Positions 53,401 to 64,000 of a stretch of 64,000 bases of DNA are shown here, piece after piece. The position numbers were made by a program, and so were the translations under genes. A model generated the notes under the pieces. It saw nothing but the letters and a program-made list of their open reading frames with translations, was not told where the DNA came from and did no database searches. The DNA lies in NCBI GenBank assembly GCA_964016885.1, contig OZ024741.1:115382001-115446000 (forward strand), in the 5' to 3' direction. This DNA is from Eledone cirrhosa. Taxonomy: Eukaryota. How positions within the stretch are numbered: the stretch's first letter is position 1; every line of letters starts with the position of its first letter.

Positions 53401-56400
53401 GGGGGTTACATTTGTCATAGAATATAGATATAACTATGATTGAAAGATATTCTTGAGGTAGGAGTTACATTTGTCATAAAATATAGATATAACTCTGATT
53501 GAAAGATGTTCTTGAGGTAGGGGTTACGTTTGTCATAGAATATAGATATAACACTGATTGAAAGATTTTGTTGATGTAGGGGTTTCATTTGTCATAGAAT
53601 ATAGATATAACTCTGACTGAAAGATATTATTGAGGTAGGGGTTACATTTGTCATAGAATATTGATATAACTCTGTTTGAATGATGGTCTTGAGATGGGGG
53701 TTACATTTGTCATAGAATATAGATATATCTCTGATTGAAAGATGTACTTGAAGTAGGGGTTACATTTGTCATAGAATATAGATATAACTCAGATTGAAAG
53801 ATGTTCTTGAGATGGGGGGTGGGGTTACATTTGTCATAGAATATAGATATAACTCTGATTGAAAGATGTTCTTGAGGTGGGGGTTACATTTGTCATAGAA
53901 TATAGATATAACTCTGATAGAAAGATGTTTCTTGGGGTTGGGGTGGTTACATTTGTCATAGAATATAGATATAATTCTGAGTGAAAGATGTTCTTGAGGT
54001 GGGGGTTACATTTGTCATAGAATATAGATATAACTCTGATTGAAAGATATTCTTGAGGTAGGGGTTACAATTGTCATAGAATATAGATATAACTCTGATT
54101 GAAAGATATTCTTGATGTAGGGGTTACATTTGTCATAGAATATAGATATAACTCTGATTGAAAGATTTTGTTGAGGTAGGGGTTACATTTGTCATAGAAT
54201 ATAGATATAACTCTGATTGAAAGATATTCTTGATGTAGGGGTTACATTTGTCATAGAATATAGATATAACTATGATTGAAAGATGTTCTGGAGGTGGGGT
54301 TACATTTGTCATAGAATATAGATATAACACTGATTGAAAGATTTTGTTGATGTAGGGGTTACGTTTGTCATAGAATATAGATATAATCTGACTGAAAGAT
54401 ATTATTGAGGTAGGGGTTACAATTGTCATAGAATATAGATATAACTCTGATTGAAAGATATTCTTGAGGTAGGGGTTACATTTGTTATAGAATAGAGATA
54501 TAACTCTGTTTGAAAGATGTTCTTGAGCTGGGGTTACATTTGTCATAGGATATAGATATCACCCTGATGGAAAGATTTTGTAGAGGTGGGGTTACATTTG
54601 TCATAGAATATAGATATAACTCTGTTTGAAAGATGTTCTTGAGATGGGGGTTACATTTGTCATAGAATATAGATATAACTCTGTTTGAAAGATGTTCTTG
54701 TGGTGGGGGTTACATTTGTCATAGAATATAGATATAACTCTGATAGAAAGATGTTCTTGAGGTGGGGGTTACATTTGTCATAGAATATAGATATAACTCT
54801 GATGGAAAGATGTTTTCTAGGTAGGGGTTACATTTGTCATAGAATATAGACATAACCCTGATCGAAAGATATTCTTGAGATGGGGGTTACATTTGTCATG
54901 GAATATAGATATAACTCTTATTGAAAGATTATCTTGAGGTAGGGGTAACATTTGTCATAGAATATAGATATATCTCTGATTGAAAGATGAGCTTGAGGTA
55001 GGGGTTACATTTGTCATAGAATATAGATATAACTCTGATGGAAAGATGTTTTCTAGGTAGGGGTTACATTTGTCATAGAATATAGACATAACCCTGATCG
55101 AAAGATGTTCTTGAGATGGGGGTTACATTTGTCATGGAATATAGATATAACTCTTATTGAAAGATTATATTGAGGTAGGGGCAACATTTGTCATAGAATA
55201 TAGATATAACTCTGATTGAAAGATATTCTAGATGTAAGGGTTACATTTGTCATAGAATATAGATATAACTCTGATTGAAAGATTTTGTTGAGGTGGGGGT
55301 TACATTTGTCATAGAATATAGATATGTCTCTGATTGAAAGATGTACTTGAAGGAGGGGTTACATTTGTCATAGAATATAGACATAACCCTGATGGAAAGA
55401 TGTTCTTGAGGTGGGGGTTACATTTGTCATAGAATATAGATATAACTCTGAATGCAAGATATTCTTAGGTAGGGGTTACATTTGTCATAGAATATAGATA
55501 TAATTCTGATTGAAAGATTTTGTTGAGGTAGGGGTTACATTTGTCATAGAATATAGATATAACTATGATTGAAAGATTTTGTTGAGGTAGGGGTTACATT
55601 TGTCATAGAATATAGATATAACTCTGATTTAAAGATGTGGTTGAGGTAGGGGTTACATTTGTCATAGAATATAGATATAACACTGATTGAAAGATTTTGT
55701 TGAGGTAGGGGTTATATTTGTCATAGAATATAGATATAACACTGATTGAAAGATTTTTTTGATGTAGGGGTTTCATTTGTCATAGAATATAGATATAACT
55801 CTGACTGAAAGATATTATTGAGGTAGGCGGTGGATTGGCAGTATCGGTAGAGGGTCGGACGCCATGCTTTCCAGCATAGTTACGTCCCTTTACGATCTGA
55901 GTTCAAATCCCGCCGAGGTTGACTTTGCCTTTCATCCTTACGGGGTCGATAAAATAAAGTACCAGTAATGTACTGGGTAATTTCTGGCCTTGTGCCAATA
56001 GTAGAAACAATTATTGAGGTAGGGGTTACATTTGTCATAGAATATTGATATAACTCTGTTTGAATGATGGTCTTGAGATGGGGGTTACATTTGTCATAGA
56101 ATATAGATATATCTCTGATTGAAAGATGTACTTGAAGTAGGGTTACATTTGTCATAGAATATAGATATAACTCTGATTGAAAGATGTTCTTGAGATGGGG
56201 GGGTTACATTTGTCATAGAATATAGATATAACTCTGACTGAAAGATGTTCTTGAGGTGGGGGTTACATTTGTCATAGAATATAGATATAACTCTGATTGA
56301 AAGATGTCCTTGGGGTTGGGGTGGTTACATTTGTCATAGAATATAGATATAACTCTGAGTGAAAGATGTTCTTGAGGTGGGGGTTACATTTGTCATAGAA

Positions 56401-59400
56401 TATAGATATAACTCTGATTGAAAAATTTTGTTGAGGTAGGGGTTACATTTGTTATAGAATATACATATACTTCTTATTGAAAGATGTTGTTGAGGTAGGG
56501 GTTACATTTGTCATAGAATATAGATATTACTATGATTGAAAGATGTTCTTGAGGTAGGGGTTACATTTGTCATAGAATATAGATATAACTCTGTTTGAAA
56601 GATGATCCTGAGGTGGGGGTTACATTTGTCATAGAATATAGATATAACACTGATTGAAAGAGGTTCTTGAGATGGGGGTTACATTTGACATAGAATATAG
56701 TTATAACACAGAATGAAAGATGATCTTGACGTAGGGTTACATTTGTCATAGAATATAGATATAACCCAGAATGAAAGATGATCTTGAGGTAGGGGTTACA
56801 TTTGTCATAGAATATAGATATAACTCTGACTGAAAGATATTATTGAGGTAGGGGTTACATTTGTTATAGAATATAGATATAACTCTGTTTGAAAGATGTT
56901 CTTCAGATGGGGGTTACATTTGTCATAGAATATAGATATAACTCTGATAGAAAGATGATCTTGAGGTGGGGGTTACATTTGTCATAGAATATAGATATAA
57001 CACTGATTGAAAGATGTTCTTGAGGTGGGGGTTACATTTGTCATAGAATATAGATATAACTCTGATTGAAAGATGTTCTTGAGGTGGGGGTTACATTTGT
57101 CATAGGATATAGATATAACTCTGATTGAAAGATGTTCTTGAGGTGGGGGTTACATTTGTCATAGGATATAGATATAACTCTGATAGAAAGATGTTCGTGG
57201 GGTAGGGGTTACATTTGTCATAGAATATAGATATAACTCTGATAGAAAGATGTTCTTGAGGTGGGGTTACATTTGTCATAGAATATAGATATAACTCTGA
57301 TAGAAAGATGTTCTTGAGTTGGGGTTACATTTGTCATAGAATATAGATATAACTCTGATAGAAAGATGTTCTTGAGTTGGGGTTACATTTGTCATAGAAT
57401 ATAGATATAACTCTGATAGAAAGATGTTCTTGAGTTGGGGTTACATTTGTCATAGAATATAGATATAACTCTGATTGAAAGATGTTCTTGGGGTTGGGGG
57501 GGGGGGGGGGGTTTACATTTGTCATAGAATATAGATATAACTCTGATTGAAAGATGTTCTCGAGGTGGGGGGTTACATTTGTCATAGAATATAGATATAA
57601 CTCTGATTGAAAGATGTTCTTGATGCGGGGGTTACATTTGTCATAGAATATAGATATAACTCTGATTGAAAGATGTTCTTGGGGTTGGGGGGGGGGGGGG
57701 GGGTTCATTTGTCATAGAATATAGATATAACTCTGATTGAAAGATGTTCTTGAGGTAGGAGTTACATTTGTCATAAAATATAGATATAACTCTGATTGAA
57801 AGATGTTCTTGAGGTAGGGGTTACGTTTGTCATAGAATATAGATATAACACTGATTGAAAGATTTTGTTGATGTAGGGGTTTCATTTGTCATAGAATATA
57901 GATATAACTCTGACTGAAAGATATTATTGAGGTAGGGGTTACATTTGTCATAGAATAATGAAATAACTCTGTTTGAATGATGGTCTTGAGATGGGGGTTA
58001 CATTTGTCATAGAATATAGATATATCTCTGATTGAAAGATGTACTTGAAGTAGGGGTTACATTTGTCATAGAATATAGATATAACTCAGATTGAAAGATG
58101 TTCTTGAGATGGGGGGGTTACATTTGTCATAGAATATAGATATAACTCTGAGTGAAAGATGTTCTTGAGGTGGGGGTTACATTTGTCATAGAATATAGAT
58201 ATAACTCTGATTGAAAGATATTCTTGAGGTAGGGGTTACAATTGTCATAGAATATAGATATAACTCTGATTGAAAGATATTCTTGATGTAGGGGTTACAT
58301 TTGTCATAGAATATAGATATAACTCTCATTGAAAGATTTTGTTGAGGTAGGGGTTACATTTGTCATAGAATATAGATATAACTCTGATTGAAAGATATTC
58401 TTGATGTAGGGGTTACATTTGTCATAGAATATAGATATAACTATGATTGAAAGATGTTCTGGAGGTGGGGTTACATTTGTCATAGAATATAGATATAACA
58501 CTGATTGAAAGATTTTGTTGATGTAGGGGTTACGTTTGTCATAGAATATAGATATAATCTGACTGAAAGATATTATTGAGGTAGGGGTTACAATTGTCAT
58601 AGAATATAGATATAACTCTGATTGAAAGATATTCTTGAGGTAGGGGTTACATTTGTTATAGAATAGAGATATAACTCTGTTTGAAAGATGTTCTTGAGCT
58701 GGGGTTACATTTGTCATAGGATATAGATATCACCCTGATGGAAAGATTTTGTAGAGGTGGGGTTACATTTGTCATAGAATATAGATATAACTCTGTTTGA
58801 AAGATGTTCTTGAGATGGGGGTTACATTTGTCATAGAATATAGATATAACTCTGTTTGAAAGATGTTCTTGTGGTGGGGGTTACATTTGTCATAGAATAT
58901 AGATATAACTCTGATAGAAAGATGTTCTTGAGGTGGGGGTTACATTTGTCATAGAATATAGATATAACTCTGATGGAAAGATGTTTTCTAGGTAGGGGTT
59001 ACATTTGTCATAGAATATAGACATAACCCTGATCGAAAGATATTCTTGAGATGGGGGTTACATTTGTCATGGAATATAGATATAACTCTTATTGAAAGAT
59101 TATCTTGAGGTAGGGGTAACATTTGTCATAGAATATAGATATATCTCTGATTGAAAGATGAGCTTGAGGTAGGGGTTACATTTGTCATAGAATATAGATA
59201 TAACACTGATGGAAAGATGTTTTCTAGGTAGGGGTTACATTTGTCATAGAATATAGACATAACCCTGATCGAAAGATGTTCTTGAGATGGGGGTTACATT
59301 TGTCATGGTATATAGATATAACTCTTATTGAAAGATTATATTGAGGTAGGGGTTACATTTGTCATAGAATATAGATATAACTCTGATTGAAAGATTTTGT

Positions 59401-62400
59401 TGAGGTGGGGGTTACATTTGTCATAGAATATAGATATGTCTCTGATTGAAAGATGTACTTGAAGGAGGGGTTACATTTGTCATAGAATATAGACATAACC
59501 CTGATGGAAAGATGTTCTTGAGGTGGGGGTTACATTTGTCATAGAATATAGATATAACTCTGAATGCAAGATATTCTTAGGTAGGGGTTACATTTGTCAT
59601 AGAATATAGATATAATTCTGATTGAAAGATTTTGTTGAGGTAGGGGTTACATTTGTCATAGAATATAGATATAACTATGATTGAAAGATTTTGTTGAGGT
59701 AGGGGTTACATTTGTCATAGAATATAGATATAACTCTGATTTAAAGATGTGGTTGAGGTAGGGGTTACATTTGTCATAGAATATAGATATAACACTGATT
59801 GAAAGATTTTGTTGAGGTAGGGGTTATATTTGTCATAGAATATAGATATAACACTGATTGAAAGATTTTTTTGATGTAGGGGTTTCATTTGTCATAGAAT
59901 ATAGATATAACTCTGACTGAAAGATATTATTGAGGTAGGGGTTACATTTGTCATAGAATATTGATATAACTCTGTTTGAATGATGGTCTTGAGATGGGGG
60001 TTACATTTGTCATAGAATATAGATATATCTCTGATTGAAAGATGTACTTGAAGTAGGGTTACATTTGTCATAGAATATAGATATAACTCTGATTGAAAGA
60101 TGTTCTTGAGATGGGGGGGTTACATTTGTCATAGAATATAGATATAACTCTGACTGAAAGATGTTCTTGAGGTGGGGGTTACATTTGTCATAGAATATAG
60201 ATATAACTCTGATTGAAAGATGTCCTTGGGGTTGGGGTGGTTACATTTGTCATAGAATATAGATATAACTCTGAGTGAAAGATGTTCTTGAGGTGGGGGT
60301 TACATTTGTCATAGAATATAGATATAACTCTGATTGAAAAATTTTGTTGAGGTAGGGGTTACATTTGTTATAGAATATACATATACTTCTTATTGAAAGA
60401 TGTTGTTGAGGTAGGGGTTACATTTGTCATAGAATATAGATATTACTATGATTGAAAGATGTTCTTGAGGTAGGGGTTACATTTGTCATAGAATATAGAT
60501 ATAACTCTGTTTGAAAGATGATCCTGAGGTGGGGGTTACATTTGTCATAGAATATAGATATAACACTGATTGAAAGAGGTTCTTGAGATGGGGGTTACAT
60601 TTGACATAGAATATAGTTATAACACAGAATGAAAGATGATCTTGACGTAGGGTTACATTTGTCATAGAATATAGATATAACCCAGAATGAAAGATGATCT
60701 TGAGGTAGGGGTTACATTTGTCATAGAATATAGATATAACTCTGACTGAAAGATATTATTGAGGTAGGGGTTATAATTGTCATCGAGTATAGATATAACT
60801 CTGATTGAAAGATATTCTTGAGGTAGGGGTTACATTTGTTATAGAATATAGATATAACTCTGTTTGAAAGATGTTCTTCAGATGGGGGTTACATTTGTCA
60901 TAGAATATAGATATAACTCTGATAGAAAGATGATCTTGAGGTGGGGGTTACATTTGTCATAGAATATAGATATAACACTGATTGAAAGATGTTCTTGAGG
61001 TGGGGGTTACATTTGTCATAGAATATAGATATAACTCTGATTGAAAGATGTTCTTGAGGTGGGGGTTACATTTGTCATAGGATATAGATATAACTCTGAT
61101 TGAAAGATGTTCTTGAGGTGGGGGTTACATTTGTCATAGGATATAGATATAACTCTGATAGAAAGATGTTCGTGGGGTAGGGGTTACATTTGTCATAGAA
61201 TATAGATATAACTCTGATAGAAAGATGTTCTTGAGGTGGGGTTACATTTGTCATAGAATATAGATATAACTCTGATAGAAAGATGTTCTTGAGTTGGGGC
61301 TACATTTGTCATAGAATATAGATATAACTCTGATAGAAAGATGTTCTTGAGTTGGGGTTACATTTGTCATAGAATATAGATATAACTCTGATAGAAAGAT
61401 GTTCTTGAGTTGGGGTTACATTTGTCATAGAATATAGATATAACTCTGATTGAAAGATGTTCTTGAGTTGGGGTTACATTTGTGATAGAATATAGATATA
61501 ACTCTGATAGAAAGATGTTCTTGAGTTGCGGGTTACATTTGTCTTAGAGTATAGATATAACTCTGATAGAAAGATGTCCTTGAGGTAGGGGTTACATTTG
61601 TCATAGAATATAGATATAACTCTGATAGAAAGATGTTCTTGAGGTAGGGGTTACATTTGTCATAGAATATAGATATAACTCTGATTGAAAGATGTTCTTG
61701 GGGTTGGGGGGGGGGTTACATTTGTCATAGAGTATAGATATAACTCTGATTGAAAGATGAGCTTGAGGTAGGGGTTACATTTGTCATAGAATATAGATAT
61801 AACTCTGATAGAAAGATGTTCTTGAGTTGGGGTTACATTTGTCATAGAATATAGATATAACTCTGATAGAAAGATGTTCTTGAGTTGCGGGTTACATTTG
61901 TCATAGAGTATAGATATAACTCTGATAGAAAGATGTCCTTGAGGTAGGGGTTACATTTGTCATAGAATATAGATATAACTCTGATAGAAAGATGTTCTTG
62001 AGGTAGGGGTTACATTTGTCATAGAATATAGATATAACTCTGATTGAAAGATGTTCTTGGGGTTGGGGGGGTTACATTTGTCATAGAGTATAGATATAAC
62101 TCTGATTGAAAGATGAGCTTGAGGTAGGGGTTACATTTGTCATAGAATATAGATATAACTCTGATAGAAAGATGTTCTTGAGTTGGGGTTACATTTGTCA
62201 TAGAATATAGATATAACTCTGATTGAAAGATGTTCTGGAGGTGGGGTTACATTTGTCATAGAATATAGATATAACTCTGATTGAAAGATGTTCTTGAGGT
62301 GGGGGTTACATTTGTCATAGAATATAGATATAACTCTGATTGAAAGATGTTCTTGGGGTTGGGGGGGGGGGGGGGGTTTACATTTGTCATAGAATATAGA

Positions 62401-64000
62401 TATAACACTGATTGAAAGAAGTTCTTGAGGTGGGGTTTACATTTGGCATAGAATATAGATATAACTCTGATAGAAAGATGTTCTGGAGGTGGGGGTTACG
62501 TTTGTCATAGAATATAGACATAACTCTGATTGAAAGATATTCTTGAGGTAGGGGTTACATTTGTCATAGAATATAGATATAACTCTGATAGAAAGATGTT
62601 CTTGAGTTGGGGTTACATTTGTCATAGAATATAGATATAACTCTGATTGAAAGATGTTCTTGGGGTTGGGGGGGGGGGCGGTTTACATTTGTCATAGAAT
62701 ATAGATATAACTCTGATTGAAAGATGTTCTCGAGGTGGGGGGTTACATTTGTCATAGAATATAGATATAACTCTGATTGAAAGATGTTCTTGATGCGGGG
62801 GTTACATTTGTCATAGAATATAGATATAACTCTGATTGAAAGATGTTCTTGGGGTTGGGGGGGGGGGGTTCATTTGTCATAGAATATAGATATAACTCTG
62901 ATTGAAAGATGTTCTTGAGTTGGGGTTACATTTGTCATAGAATATAGATATAACTCTGATTGAAAGATGTTCTTGGGGTTGGGGGGGGGGTTACATTTGT
63001 CATAGAATATAGATATAACTATGATTGAAAGATATTCTTGAGGTAGGAGTTACATTTGTCATAAAATATAGATATAACTCTGATTGAAAGATGTTCTTGA
63101 GGTAGGGGTTACGTTTGTCATAGAATATAGATATAACACTGATTGAAAGATTTTGTTGATGTAGGGGTTTCATTTGTCATAGAATATAGATATAACTCTG
63201 ACTGAAAGATATTATTGAGGTAGGGGTTACATTTGTCATAGAATAATGATATAACCCTGTTTGAATGATGGTCTTGAGATGGGGGTTACATTTGTCATAG
63301 AATATAGATATATCTCTGATTGAAAGATGTACTTGAAGTAGGGGTTACATTTGTCATAGAATATAGATATAACTCAGATTGAAAGATGTTCTTGAGATGG
63401 GGGGGTTACATTTGTCATAGAATATAGATATAACTCTGATTGAAAGATGTTCTTGAGGTGGGGGTTACATTTGTCATAGAATATAGATATAACTCTGATT
63501 GAAAGATATTCTTGAGGTAGGGGTTACAATTGTCATAGAATATAGATATAACTCTGATTGAAAGATATTCTTGATGTAGGGGTTACATTTGTCATAGAAT
63601 ATAGATATAACTCTGATTGAAAGATTTTGTTGAGGTAGGGGTTACATTTGTCATAGAATATAGATATAACTCTGTTTGAAAGATGATCCTGAGGTGGAGG
63701 TTACATTTGTCATAGAATATAGATATAACACTGATTGAAAGAGGTTCTTGAGATGGGGGTTACATTTGACATAGAATATAGTTATAACACAGAATGAAAG
63801 ATGATCTTGACGTAGGGTTACATTTGTCATAGAATATAGATATAACCCAGAATGAAAGATGATCTTGAGGTAGGGGTTACATTTGTCATAGAATATAGAT
63901 ATAACTCTGACTGAAAGATATTATTGAGGTAGGGGTTACAATTGTCATCGAGTATAGATATAACTCTGATTGAAAGATATTCTTGAGGTAGGGGTTACAT
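50440..64000. repeat. Satellite array, 58-59-bp monomer, running off the window end
   Basis: Consensus gaatatagatataactctgattgaaagatgttcttgaggt(a/g)ggggttacatttgtcata, more than 200 copies. Confidence 0.98.
55826..56012 (+). mobile_element. Full-length Nin-domain tRNA-SINE inserted in the satellite, with 14-bp TSD
   Basis: A-box-like tggcagtatcgg, B-box gttcaaatcc, Nin-type core ctttcatccttacggggtcgataaaat..gtaccag. TSD attattgaggtagg at 55814-55827 and 56010-56023. Confidence 0.92.

Noticed and set aside
55826-55915. tRNA gene
   Set aside because: The A/B boxes belong to a multi-copy SINE head and no cloverleaf forms.
50440-64000. CRISPR-like alternation of constant and variable segments; MTNVTP ORFs; CTGATTGAAA resembling an HHR core
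   Set aside because: The variable parts are mutated copies of one sequence, not unique spacers. There are no cas genes and the context is eukaryotic. The ORFs are repeat artefacts and no HHR stems form.

Overview
This is eukaryotic, repeat-saturated DNA with no host gene that I can support. The very long (AT)n/(AC)n microsatellites and Nin-domain tRNA-SINEs suggest an octopod cephalopod, which is an inference. Most ORF-track entries (poly-YI) are microsatellite artefacts. Bases 1-50 kb are a nest of retroelements inserted into (AT)n tracts. They include a near-intact 6.1-kb Naiad-type Penelope-like element (RT + GIY-YIG, ~1-kb direct pseudo-LTRs, each with a hammerhead ribozyme), decayed copies of several other PLE families, an RTE LINE fragment, RTE-derived short elements, SINEs and one MITE. 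The most notable signal is about 18 type-I hammerhead ribozyme motifs, intact or decayed, from about nine unrelated families. Several sit in non-coding 420-500-nt circularly permuted units (retrozyme-like), and two families use a compensatory U3:A8 core. The true start of the Naiad ORF is separated from the RT frame by a C13 tract. Bases 50.4-64 kb are a 58-59-bp satellite with 4-6-kb higher-order duplications and one young SINE insertion with a target-site duplication.
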